From Eutreptiella sp. 'Long Island Sound 2002' (taxonomy: Eukaryota > Protista > Euglenida): 64,000 nucleotides of DNA. The position numbers were made by a program, and so were the translations under genes. This document shows, one piece after another, positions 24,701-34,426 of the stretch; positions within the stretch are counted from its first letter, which is position 1; every line of letters starts with the position of its first letter. The notes under the pieces are model-generated. The model saw only the letters and a list, made by a program, of their open reading frames with translations, searched no databases and was not told where the DNA came from. The stretch lies in contig OZ038378.1 of the NCBI GenBank assembly GCA_964036045.1, positions 182,280,001-182,344,000 on the forward strand. The letters run 5' to 3'.

Positions 24701-27700
24701 GAAAACAACAAGTGTGGCGAACAGGCAAGCCATGCGGTCCCAGGAAGGCATGGGATGCGACCAGGTGTTCCAGGGCGCCGCTAGGAAGCGCTCTTTCCTT
24801 TGGAACTACAGACCAAGAACACTGGACACGCACGCCGGAGATATGGCCGCAGGGTGTACCTCACACTTGGACATGCCGTCACCGATAAAAGCGCAAGACT
24901 CCTTCACGTGCGCAATGAGGTATGTGTCACACAGTCCGCACCGGGAGCACAATTCTTTGGCTGGGTAGCGCTCACGCGGAGTGCCTGGTTTGATGCCCTG
25001 GGATCGGGGGGGCTCAGTCTCCACTGCCATGGTCGCCCATTGAGGGGCAACGTCGATGGGGTCCAACAGCATCATGGAGGGCCTTCTGCTGAGGCACAGT
25101 AGCAGAAGGCAATTGGGTCGGGGCAACATATTTGTGAAGGTGGGGAGGGAGGGAGAGGGAGAGAGGAACGGAGGGTGGGGGTATGGAGGTTGGTGCAAAG
25201 TTTGGTGCCGCCCACCCAGGGACGGTTTATGTGGCTGCTGTGTCGACATTGTAAACTCCCGCCCCAAAAATAAGAACTAGTTCTTAGCTTTGGTCCAGCT
25301 GGTGGCGGTATCCGCGGACGTCATTATTTTTCGGGGTGGTTCCTATTTAGTTTCTTGACCATGGCACCTCCAAGAGAGTCCAAGGTAGTTCTTACCTTTG
25401 GCACACTCCATGGAAACCCCGAGGTGGTTCTTATTTTTGGGTTCGTTTTTATTTTGGGCCCGGTTCTTATTTTTGGGGCGGGGGTTTACCATGCCACATG
25501 TGGCTTGGGTGGTGGACACCATGAAAACCTTGAGTTGCAGTCTGGTCCTGTGGCTGTGGACACCATGCAAGTCCTGCCGCGCTCCACGGGTCACAGGCCA
25601 TATTGTGGTCCGGGTACTATGCTGAGAAGCAGCCTTTGCTGCCCGCTCATCACTGTCCAGTGGCATGAGCGGTTGGTGCCCACGCTTCAGCGGCTGCACA
25701 CCGGGTCACAGTCAAGAAGTCACCATCTTTGGAGTGGTCACCTCAGCCCGGAGGGCATGCACAATACTTCAGGCCTCAGAAGTATCCAGACTGGGTGGCA
25801 GGCAGGAGGGAAATGGAGGGGAATAGGGGAATGGGGGAAATGGGGTGCAAACGGGAGAAATGTGGGGGAAGTGGGGACACTAGGACAGTTCAAGGGAAAA
25901 GGGTGGAGGAGATTGGTTAAAACGGAACTACTTCTTTCTACAACCGGAAAATTTGTTAAAATTCTACTGGTGCAACCGATCCCCCGGCGTCCAGGCATGG
26001 TGTGGGTCGGGAAGAGCAACAATAATCATACCACTCAATAAAATGCTGAATTTTCCACTCTTTTTGTCTCCAATCCCAGTAACATGACTAATCTAGAACA
26101 ACACTGAAATGCAAAACGGTGGCATGGTGCATGTCCTCTTTCATATCTTGCTGCCGTTGGTTGTGGACCCAGTTCAGTGATAAAAAGCAACGGTGAGCAT
26201 CACAGGATGTGGCTAGAATGGCCAGACACGGCGCGCAGTAGCATGCAACAGAAGTGGAGTTGCTGATATTCCACCCCGCTAAACCCCCCCCCCCCAAATA
26301 ACATACCCCGGGGTACGGTATTTGCCTGACGCTCAATAGGGCCAGGGGGGTACACTATTTGGGGGGGTACACTATTTGGGTGTTTCGCTGTCACCCTCAC
26401 CCTCACCCCTGATGAGGCTTTTGTGAATGTGTGTGTCACAGGGGCTGATGGAGCTGGAGCAGCACCTTCTGCTGCTGTGTCCCACGCCTCCAGCAACGTC
26501 TCCAATGTAAAGAGGCAAACCACAATCACCACTTTCTTCAAGTGAGCTACTGTGCAGTGATGTTGAGACCGTATCCTAAATCTGGTTGTGTTTCGTTTGC
26601 TTGTATGTGATGAAAAGGGGGTACAGTATTTGGCAAAACGCTTATTAAGCCAAGGGGGGTACACTATTTGGGGGGGTACACTATTTGGGGGGGGTACGCT
26701 ATTTGGGGGGTGGGGTTTAATCCAAAATGCAAAAATTGTCCGTTGCAACTGCAGCTGGGAACTTCCAACAAACGTCCCACAAAAAAAAAACTCTCACTCA
26801 TGCAAAAGAGACATTTGTGGGCGACAATATTAGTACCCATGCCTTCCTTGCATTGTAATGCAGGTGTTTGCTGCGGGTCAAATACCCTCGCATGCTCAGC
26901 AAAAGGGGATTACCAGCACTGCGCACGCACCGCTATTAATTCGTAGTGGCTTCTGGACGGTTGCTACTAATTCTTGGTGGCTTCTGAATGGCTTCTGTTT
27001 CTTTCTATTGTCTTCTAGATGGTTGCTATTATTTCTTAGTGGGCTCTGGATGGTTGATGTTAATTCCCACTGGGCTCAGGCTTCTTCGGGCTCCGGTGCA
27101 ATATTACTCTTCAGCCCCCTCAGCTTATGCCCCACCTGGGACTCGAACTGGGGAGCCCTGCTGCAGGCGTCATTCGCCACATGGCAGCTCAGCCACGTGA
27201 CCTCGTCTGCTGTGTTTGGTTTCGGGCGGATTGAAGAACACAGGGTCAACTCAATATTCGCATGCACAATGCCTATGGCTCTGATCACAAACATGAGACT
27301 CGAACGAAGGGTGCCCGGATGGTCCGTGCCCATTCAATGGCAACTGCACAGTACACGGCACATGCCCAAAGCCTTGACGCATACCTCCAGCGCTGCCACA
27401 CTGCGACCACGGCCACTGTGAACACCCCTGCAAACGCCCACAGCGCCGTTGGGATGGCGCCGAGCCCAACAGCGTCGCTGACCACACGGGGGGTGGAAGC
27501 GCCAGGGGTCTCTGGCAGCCCCCCCAGGGCCGCAATGCTCTGGGGCCTGCCAGGCTGGGCATGGGGGCCAGCACGGAGGTGCACGGGATTCCGGACGGCG
27601 GGCGTGAGCATCGAGGCTGAAGCCGTGACCGTGGGCTGGACGTAGGCAAAACTGGCGGGGCTGGAGCTGCCCAAGTACAGCGCCGTGCAGCAGAACGAGA

Positions 27701-27797
27701 GGGTGACGAGTGCCAGGGCACCGCATGTTGCGGGGCTGTATGGGGCATGGCCCTGGGGCAGGGGCTGCAGGGGGAGGAGCCGCTCCTGGGAGGCCAT
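3581..27797 (-). CDS. HCAR: 7-hydroxymethyl chlorophyll a reductase (FrhB/F420-hydrogenase beta family, 2x4Fe-4S/FAD), plastid-targeted; 9 exons, 638 aa
   Basis: Exons 27797-27385, 25088-24860, 23593-23469, 22558-22439, 21478-21339, 6790-6618, 5331-5140, 4399-4073, 3778-3581. All introns are GT-AG with matching phases; total 1917 nt. Motifs YPAKELCSRCGLCDT..HVKESCAFIGDGMS, QWTGIVT, VVCVQSDPEDR, GVKPS.SPNL, GVGCQVQA, GTNCADNG, YEFMQDY, CRSCFDYTNGLAD, HPQY.TVRN, GPKGLEFGRYSLDYH match plant HCAR rather than cyanobacterial BciB (from recall, not a search). Confidence 0.93.
4073..4399 (-). CDS. HCAR: HCAR exon 8
   Basis: gtgcag|TPMTKHPQYVTVRNARG...GPKGLEFGRYSLDYHYLRNWLYCVRNMGREQ|gtgtga. Confidence 0.93.
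5140..5331 (-). CDS. HCAR: HCAR exon 7
   Basis: ccgcag|DYCVHIKHL...PYFSLPSN...CRSCFDYTNGLADIVVGYMGVPYFQ|gtccca. Confidence 0.92.
6618..6790 (-). CDS. HCAR: HCAR exon 6
   Basis: gtgtag|GC VGCQVQAVRSIEKYLGLEELYIIGTNCADNGPRDGLQKFLDVASKSPDTVIGYEFMQ|gtgtgc. Confidence 0.93.
7500..8300 (+). pseudogene. Decayed non-LTR (LINE-like) reverse transcriptase fragment
   Basis: Frameshifted and stop-interrupted RT motifs in the correct order: GFRGK..TND, TIDYRNAY (~7890), RGDPVSP..F (~8077), LYLDD (8170-8184), F...FRLRLNLGK. Confidence 0.7.
8546..8880. repeat. Left subterminal array: 11-bp GTAAGACG(C/G)AT units and 24-bp palindromic TCTAAGACG-ccc/ggg-CGTCTTAGA units
   Basis: Read directly from the sequence. 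Confidence 0.95.
9125..9200. repeat. Short tandem CCATCCCATCACT-like repeat
   Basis: About 5 degenerate 13-bp units. Confidence 0.7.
10002..10257. repeat. 53-bp minisatellite, ~4.8 copies
   Basis: Unit CATTTGTATGCCTGTGTAGGAATGGACTGCAATCCCAGAGTCCAACTCATCCA starting at 10002, 10055, 10108, 10161, 10214. Confidence 0.95.
11407..11727 (+). CDS. Small Cys-rich (zinc-ribbon-like) protein with acidic Ser-rich tail, inside the transposon
   Basis: True ATG; CEGC...C...HCAPCGCP...CPRC followed by a DSGSDSG...ESSSDSDF tail; same strand as the transposase. Confidence 0.35.
   Translation: MSAFQRCEGCLWPLDAAGWCTKGRLHCAPCGCPFKNDGSCPRCNQVVWDDNLQYYVPLLQDTQEDMVAADVSDSGSDSGWDAPSLQWSPTPPPSFHEFESSSDSDF
12178..12570. 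repeat. Complex satellite: TTCTGGCGCT-type units interleaved with three TTACAAGTGCACATGACATGCATTGGACAC blocks
   Basis: Blocks near 12242, 12411 and 12536. Confidence 0.85.
12840..12975 (+). CDS. Probable 5' exon of the KDZ transposase (MDEETQDFVLGFLVKHF...DDIRRSKN)
   Basis: ATG at 12840; phase-1 donor A|gtatgc at 12976 matches the phase-1 acceptor at 13678, giving a continuous ~1143-aa ORF. Confidence 0.55.
13678..16973 (+). CDS. KDZ transposase, main exon (CxC5-like, CxC6-like, KDZ catalytic core, low-complexity linker, unrecognised C-terminal region)
   Basis: Uninterrupted ~1.1-kaa ORF. Motifs LLPWTPHCVKC...RCHRCLALYGY (CxC5-like), HQCSAC...VVVDC...C...FCKEH (CxC6-like), GLMTVSRPC...MVGAEGSHQI, ILFDYACRL, LDRFHGTVHKC, VNSSAAEQGNS. 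Acceptor gtcacag| at 13677. Confidence 0.87.
17101..17625. repeat. Three degenerate ~210-228-bp tandem copies just downstream of the transposase
   Basis: CCATATGCATC..CCCAAACTGCT..GTTGTTACTCC..AAATGGGTGCA..AAACAACAACACCCA at ~17101, 17329, 17539. Confidence 0.8.
17880..19007. repeat. 169/153-bp minisatellite, ~7 units, with GNA-triloop hairpins
   Basis: CAAGTAGAC unit starts at 17902, 18071, 18224, 18393, 18546, 18715, 18884 (periods 169, 153, 169, 153, 169, 169). Confidence 0.95.
19143..19403. repeat. Right subterminal array: 24-bp palindromic units followed by 11-bp GTAAGACG(G/C)AT units
   Basis: Read directly from the sequence; same motifs as the left array. Confidence 0.95.
20290..20710 (+). 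pseudogene. Possible degenerate RAG1/Transib-like DDE transposase fragment
   Basis: VFLCILHCCMAIGRL ... ATPDG, loosely resembling the RAG1 DALHCDIG ... MNGN spacing; interrupted by stops; assignment from recalled motifs only. Confidence 0.3.
21339..21478 (-). CDS. HCAR: HCAR exon 5
   Basis: ctcag|G FTPKPVVARTVEDIIASKGVKPSYSPNLSVLAHLEALPDVKKLLFI G|gtagcc. Confidence 0.92.
22439..22558 (-). CDS. HCAR: HCAR exon 4
   Basis: ctgtag|G YASAKGTPQWTGIVTQMAIQMLETGAVDAVVCVQSDPED AG|gtcgtg. Confidence 0.92.
23469..23593 (-). CDS. HCAR: HCAR exon 3
   Basis: atgcag|SLEEQVHGRGRREDEAYTGVAEEVLYARNAKP...GG|gtgtga; an alternative same-phase donor lies 27 nt upstream. Confidence 0.85.
24860..25088 (-). CDS. 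HCAR: HCAR exon 2
   Basis: ctcag|C...RYPAKELCSRCGLCDTYLIAHVKESCAFIGDGMSKCE|gtacac. Confidence 0.92.
25247..25493. mobile_element. MITE-like element in HCAR intron 1
   Basis: Inverted repeat GTAAAC(T/C)CCCGCCCCAAAAATAAGAAC, 26/27 match, at 25251-25277 and 25463-25489; no clear TSD. Confidence 0.6.
26308..26710. repeat. Duplicated GGGGGTACACTATTTGGG module in HCAR intron 1
   Basis: Modules at ~26308-26382 and ~26617-26710. Confidence 0.7.
27385..27797 (-). CDS. HCAR: HCAR exon 1: bipartite plastid-targeting presequence (TM - Ser/Thr/Pro/Ala-rich transit peptide - TM + basic residues)
   Basis: MASQERLLPL...GALALVTLSFCCTALYL...SSSPASFAYVQPTVTAS...ALWAFAGVFTVAVVAVWQRWR; donor AG|gtatgc. Confidence 0.85.
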
Positions 27798-27805
27798 GCA
27801 AAAGA

Positions 27806-27830
27806 TCTGGAGAGGCATGTGCGAGGGGCC
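27806..27830 (-). promoter_or_regulatory. Candidate spliced-leader (trans-splice) acceptor / outron end of HCAR
   Basis: Pyrimidine-rich ...cctctccag|atcttttgcATG; the AG lies 9 nt upstream of the ATG. SL use is inferred, not shown. Confidence 0.45.
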
Positions 27831-28869
27831 GAGAGGGGGCAAAGGCGACAAAAGCCGGTAAACACAGGCAGGCCCCGGAACTGTGTTTGTTCACGGTAGT
27901 TCAGGACTGCTGACCGTGGAGGCCTATTGGTGCAGAACGCAACCTCTGAAAGCGTGTTGCCGGGGTCCACATCAGACGGGGCAATGAGGCAACTCGTAAC
28001 ACCCCCCATCCCCCTTGCGCATGCACGGGCAAAGTCAGTAGAACGGCTCAGACCGCGTATGTGGCAGAGGGGGGGGAGGCGGGGCACACCATTCAACTGC
28101 TAGGCCCAGACTAATATGCAGCAGACAGAGGTTCCTATTCCAGTGATTTGCTGCCTGGCACAGTGGCCCTTGGGCAATGGGGTTGATCATTGAGTTGGGT
28201 GGGATCAGGGAAAGGGACTTGTCAATACCAAACATGAGTAGAGTAGTGAGCCAAGCGATGGGATAGTGCTTTGACCAAAACGGCCCCGTGAAGCGCTTGA
28301 TGCTGCTTGTTGCTTATACACGATGTATGGGGATGGCGTGCAAACCCCTCTCTCTTGTACAACGGCCCGCAATGCCTTGCCTTTTGCCCTGGCTGCGGGG
28401 AGGAGGGGGTTGCTGGGTGTTTTGAAGGTGACAAAGCGCCTTTTGCCCAGAGGGCTGTAGTTCGACAAGACCCTGGTTGAGGCAAAAGAAACAGACTTCC
28501 GGCGCGTTGCACCACTGGCCTGCCCGATGACACGCCCACTGACAGAACAAGATACATTGACACATTGCCAAAGGAAAGCCTGAAATCTACCATCCACAGG
28601 TACCAAAAAGGGCCCAATCCTCCACAGGTTCCAAAAGGCCCTTCCACACCGGCCATTGGCATTGCATTGGCTATCATACACAAATACGGACAAATGTGCT
28701 GCATCCAGCCAAATGCCTCCCATGCACCAGAGGGTTGTCGCAGTTACCCCAAGGCCCGTCCTACATGCCTTCAATCCTATCTTCTGTGCCCTCGTTTTCG
28801 TCTTGCAGCTGTCATAATACGGGGCATGTACACCATGTTTCCTTCCGAGGGGACAAATCAAAACAGGCC

Positions 28870-29430
28870 ACATAACCCCTGCTGTCTCAGGGTCCCAAGA
28901 GCATGGAGGAATAAACAACTCAACATAACTCCTGAGGTCTCGCGGTCCCGGGAGCCGGGAGGAACCAACAAAGCCTACATAACCCTTGTCGTCTGGGTAC
29001 GTGTTTGGGAACGAACCTGGGTATGCATCTTGGTATGCATTTGGGACCATGCCTGGGTGCGCGTCTGGGTACGTGCTTGGGTACGCACCTGGGTCGTCCC
29101 AAGAGCATGGAGGAATCGAAAAAGGCTGCGTAACCCCTGCTGTCTTTGAGTCCCCAAAGGGGGCAGGAATCCAAGAAGACTACATCACCCTTGCCGTCCT
29201 GGGGTCCCTAGAGGAGGGAGGAATAAAAAATGGTCAAATGACCCACCACGTCTCGGCGTCCTGGGAATGGGAAGGAATCTAAAACGGCAACACAACCCCA
29301 CTGGCTGAAGGTCCCCAGGGCAGGGAGGAATCAAAAAAGGCGACAGGACCTTGCCATCTCGGGGTCCCCACAGGGAGGAACCAAAAAACGGTGCAAAACC
29401 CCTGCAGGTCCCCAATGCTGGGATGAAAGG
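28870..29430. repeat. Degenerate ~55-bp tandem repeats with an embedded 12-bp tandem array (28990-29097)
   Basis: Recurrent GTCCC(C)A..G(G)GAGGAATC/AAAAA motif; 12-mers of the CTGGGTACGTGT type. Confidence 0.65.
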
Positions 29431-29752
29431 TCTTACTATTTTCAAGGACACTTGCCCAAACACTCAAAGCCAAATGTTATACTCGTGTGATACTCACAAA
29501 AAACCATACCCAAGAAAAACATACTCAAGAAAAAAATATGCTTTTTCCAAATATTTCATTTTGTGCTCACGTAAAACTAGAAAAGAGACGGTCGAAAATA
29601 TCTTTCCTCTTTTTCAGTTGCATGACTCTACCGCCCACACACACAAAAGCTGCACACCTAGAACAGTGCACACTACGCCACTACAGAGAACGCACACTGC
29701 GTAGTGCAAAATCTGAGGGGAGCGCAATTGGCAACACCCCCCCCCCGATTCC

Positions 29753-29789
<37 letters not shown>

Positions 29790-31149
29790 TCTCTCTCTCT
29801 CTCTCTCTCTGTTTTTCTCTCTAGCAGTTGTTGCAATTTGGAGAGAAACCACCTTGCATTGATGTAATTGTCACAAGGGTCTTCATATCCTTGGTGGTTG
29901 GTGACCGTGGCCAAGTGCAATCTGCGGTTGCGTGATTGTGTTGGAAAATGGTGGCAGCCTTCTGGGGACATAGGCATTTTGCCTTGACTTGATTGGGGCC
30001 CAACTTGTAGCAATATGCAGCACTATGTGGGCCGTTACTAATAAGCCATACTACTGATTCGCAATGAGCTGGCTCATAACGCGAATCCACAAAGGACGTT
30101 GTTTCTTGGAGATAGCAAGGCAATGGCCATGAAGGTTGGAATCCGCTTTGGAGTGTGTAAGAACCCATTTGCCGATGTGTTGCACTGTGAATGTACACAA
30201 CGGCCGGTGATTCCCCACCATCATAATACACCATCCACCTATAACAAAGAGCGTGCAGTAAAACCAGGTGAAAATGGGCTAAAATGGCTAAAAATGGGTG
30301 AAAACGGGTGGCAATTGAAATGTGCCACATCCTCAACGCACAAGAAGCGTAACAAAAACCTATTATGGAACAACAGACTTGTGAAAAAGGGCCAACACTC
30401 AGGTTCAACTAGTTGCCAACATACAACAGTTTGCACTATGTGCAGAGCATTCCCCAACACCTGCTGCTTGTAAGGGGTTATCACTAGATCACAGTGTGCA
30501 CCGTGCAAAGTGCCCTCGGTGCAAAATGTTGAGCATTTGGGGTGTTGTGCAGTGTGCAGAGTGCGCGGTGTGTAAAATGTGCATGCAAATGGTGTGCACC
30601 AAGCTGCTTGCAAAACCAAAAAGGCCATATGTTGACTTGACCTCCCCCACGCTTGGGGGGACAACAAGGAAAACACTGAAAATGATGGAAAACTTCCTAT
30701 TGTACCCACAAACAAACTTGTATCTGTTTTTTTTGCATGCACAAACACAAGCAAGACACAAGCAGTGATAGCACTTGAAAACAATACCTCGTGTTGTTAT
30801 GTCAAATTGTTCTCGCAAAGGGAGGGGGTGTGGGCTATGTTGACCTACTAGGCTTCTTTTGCTTCTGAACAGAACACATTCAAAACACTCTGTAGACTGC
30901 TCATTATGTAGACCGCAAAGTTTGCTATGGGACTCACATGGTCAAACCCAAACGACCCCATTATGTGGATTCGCACAGTCAAGCGAACTGTTGAATTCTC
31001 CTTTCATTTGCAGTCATTTTGAGGAGAGACAACACACTGACAAAGCATTGAAAACGGATGCATGAATCTTATGCTACTGGGTACCCCATGTTTGGGCACT
31101 TCCAGGCTCATGTGGCACTTACGAAATCAAATGGTATTGTGCACTCGGC

Positions 31150-31385
31150 GTGGGGAATGTGTCCTGCGCGCCGCAGGCGCACCGCAGGGTAAGGGTAATT
31201 TGCTGTGGCATAATCAGCACCGCATCAATTTTCCTCACTTTTGGGTGAAGGAAGTAGGTCAAACGGGCACAATGATGAGGCACAATACTCAAAACGGACA
31301 AAACTCTCGTAATAACCACTCCCCATTCAAAAGTATGGTTCATTTTCCCCGTTCCATGATAATTACCCAAAAGGTTAGCAGGATT
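31150..31385 (+). repeat. Dispersed repeat family R1, copy 1
   Basis: Aligns by eye with 41145-41365 (GCAGGGTAAGGGTAATT...TTTTGGGTGAAGGAAGTAGGTCAAA...TACTCAAAACGGACAAAA). Confidence 0.85.
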
Positions 31386-33015
31386 AGTGTTCCCGTGCAC
31401 TAGCGAGAAGTCTTGAGGGGCGAAAAAAAGGTGCCCGGCAATGCTTACAAAAATATAAGGGCCCATTTTGCAGACAAATCAAATGGTCCCAAACACTGTG
31501 GCATCATGGTTCCCCGCTGTTCGCAAAACTTCGGCGCCGTGTGGAACGCAGTACGACCCAAAACGCCCCCGGCCTTTGGAACCAAGTCCTTCGGCCTGCT
31601 GCACGTGGACCCTGCCACCACCGCCCATGCTGTGGCCTAAACTTAGTGCGATTCATCTTCACATGTCAAGGCATCATCCACGGAACTGTGGGCGAACACC
31701 CGCGATCATCAGCGCAGAGGTCTGATTCCTTCCGATATCGCGGTCTGTGACAATGGCAAGGGAGGCAGAGGAGGCGGGGGTTCACCAACCCCCTCGTGGA
31801 GGGACAGAGGAGCGAGGGGGCACAGCCCTCCAGGAGACCCTTTCGTGGGCCTTCACGGCCTGACCTGATCTACGGAAAGTGGCAACGACGTTTGCAGCGA
31901 TACACCACCTGCCCCTTCACGCATGACCTGATATCTCCGGCCTCCTTCAGCAGGTGTACACTGATGACCCGCCCCCCCCCCCCCGTCCTCCTCAGATACC
32001 CTTTCCTGTACCCCTGTGTGCGGCAATATAACGGGAGCTCTACGCAGGAACGCACAGGTACACGCACAGCAGCGGCATTCCTGTGCCGCGGTGACGAAAA
32101 AAGTGAGGAAGAAAATTTCCGTCTCATTTGAACGCGATCGTTGCTTCGATTCACACATTCGCATCCCAAACACCCACCCAATCGCGATATCATGGCCCCT
32201 TCTGAGTGGCATCCACTTGGTCTAGCAGGTGGCTAGGGATCACTACGTATCGGTACACATTTCCCCCAATGAACAGGAACTGCTGTCCTTGACTTCTGTG
32301 TACCCCCCTCCTTTCCGGAGAGACGACGGGGTGTGGGTGCACGCCGTCCCCAACTGGTCAAAGGAACTCTGTGGATGCTCCGCGCCCAATGTGGGAATGT
32401 GTGGGAGGCGGGGCCTCATGAGGTTTAGGGCATTGCATGGGCCCCGTCGCCTGCGCCGCTGGCGCAAGACTCTGGGCAGATCGTCAGGGTCAACAGGAGT
32501 AGTAAAGAGGTGCTGAGCAGCCCCGACGACCCTGGGCTGTGTGTCAATAGAAAAGGTGCACTGGCGCATGGCAGTGATCCTCAGCCGCGACGGCGGAGGG
32601 CAAGTGCCCGCCACACTGCCACACGACCGCCACGGAGGTGCTCGGAGTGGCCGTTGCTGGTACGCGATGCGGCGGTGGCCTTTGCATATATAATGAGGCG
32701 TTGGTTATCTCTGCCCCCCCTCCCGCAGCACTTGTGAACACCGCTTTCGGGATCGGCAGGCAATGTGCCACACTCCATTCGTAGGGCCCCTGGCCGTATC
32801 CCGCGGTTATGTCCAGCGCTGTAACTAAGAGGGGTGTGGTCCCCCTCGGCCGCCGCCCCTCCCCCGTCCCACTCACCCCCTCTTGTCCCGTCCACGGATG
32901 TGTGTCCACGGTGTCCCCAGACAGGGACGAGCACTCATCCACTGCATCCATGTCCACACGGTGACAGACAACCGTGGGCATCTACCCTGGGGCATGTCTG
33001 TCCACGGATCGCCAA

Positions 33016-33348
33016 CCCCCTGTGTGACATTCCGTCTGGTTGTTGTTCCTTTACGGGGCCCTGGACAGTCACCCGTTCTTCCCTTCGCATGTTGCGTCGG
33101 GTCGCTACTTTCTGTCGGCCGCTGCGGCCGGTGCTCTTGCTGGTGTCGTTTCCGCGTTCGCGGAGCCCAGTAGTTGGTGTGTTGGGACTGTGCTGAATGT
33201 GGCATGGTGTGCCGTTTGCGTGTCAGCGGCGCCCAATAGTTGGCGTATTGAGGATGTGCTGGTTGTTGCCGGGGTCGTTTGACTGTGTTTGCTGTCCACA
33301 CACCTCTGTCCACAGGCCGTCCATTGCCTGCCTCGCTGTGTTTCTGTG
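33016..33348 (+). repeat. Dispersed ~330-bp repeat family R2, copy 1
   Basis: CCCCTGTGTGACATTCCGTC...GGGGCCCTGGACAGTCACCCGTTCTTCCCTTCGCATG...CCTGCCTCGCTGTGTTTCTGTG; also at 37973 and 50303. Confidence 0.92.
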
Positions 33349-34253
33349 CGGCCCACCCCCACCCCCCACCCCCACCCCGAGCCTGGTGCGATTCTTATTG
33401 ACAGCCTTGGTTGTGTCTCACTACAGAGCGGGGGAGGGGGGGGGATGGCCCGCCTTGAAATACCTGAAGCTTGCACAGTGTGCCGGGCCTGAGCAGGGGC
33501 ACTGCGCCGCCCCCCCCCCCCCCCGCCCCCACCCACCCACATCAAGTCGCGGGAAGAACGGTGGCAGAATCCCCCGCCGCCGTATGACAGACCGCTAAAT
33601 GGGCCATCATTCGTCGACAGACCAAACGAATGTTCGGATGCGCCATGCCCCCCTCCCTCTCCCTCCCTCCCAAGCCCCCAGTCGGCGGCCAACGGACCGT
33701 GGTCAATGGCCACCCAACGGCCATCAGCTGGTGACCGGGTGATCGGGGCATGTTCTGTTTGATGTTCCGCGGTTCAGCTCCAAGACTTTGGGGGGAAGGG
33801 CGTCCAGAAGCGCCCTGTGTCCCACTTGACATGCAGCGGGGCAGAGCAGTGCTGTCGGGCTCTGGGGTCAAGTCGTGCGGTGGGATGCGTGTTCCATAAC
33901 GCCGCTGACGGTGCGCAACCCGTTGCACTGGCGCTTTCCGTTGTTCTAAGACTACCGCTGGGGCAGAAAGGGCGAAGGCTCTGGCGGAGCACAGGATCTG
34001 TGTTTGGTGGTGCAGAGCCGTACCCTCGGAGGAGTTGTGTCTCACTCCGAGTGAAACTGGGGGACGTTCGTGTCCGCGGTCGTCAGTCACCGTTGTGGAA
34101 TGCGGTCCCCCCAGCCACAACCGCCGGCTGTCCTCCGCAGAAAACCACATCCCCCAAGGGACGGCTCTTATCCCACGCCTCAAAGCGGTTGCAGCGGCCC
34201 AACTGCCCGCCTCCGGGAGTGACAGCGCGACACAGCGCATGCAGCGCAGGCCG

Positions 34254-34426
34254 TCAGGCGGGGCCGGGGCTGCACGGCCGATTGTTGGAGGCGTCGATGC
34301 AGAACGACGTGAGCACTGCCGAGGCCTTCAGGTCCAGCGACGCTGTGGCGCACAGCTGGTGGTCATCGGGCACCACCGCCGTGTACTCGGGCAGCCACTC
34401 TACACTTTGCCTTGACCAATGCACCC
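34254..34426 (-). CDS. PRMT7: PRMT7 terminal exon
   Basis: VHWSRQSVEWLPE...LCATASLDLKASAVLTSF...PGPA-TGA. Confidence 0.8.

Noticed and set aside
29821-30408. ORF with C-x-C...HNH resembling a FAR1/MULE zinc finger
   Set aside because: Only a three-residue motif and no transposase core nearby; cannot be supported.
31188-31200. GGGTAAGGGTAA telomere-like motif (also ~41176)
   Set aside because: Only two units, internal to repeat family R1.
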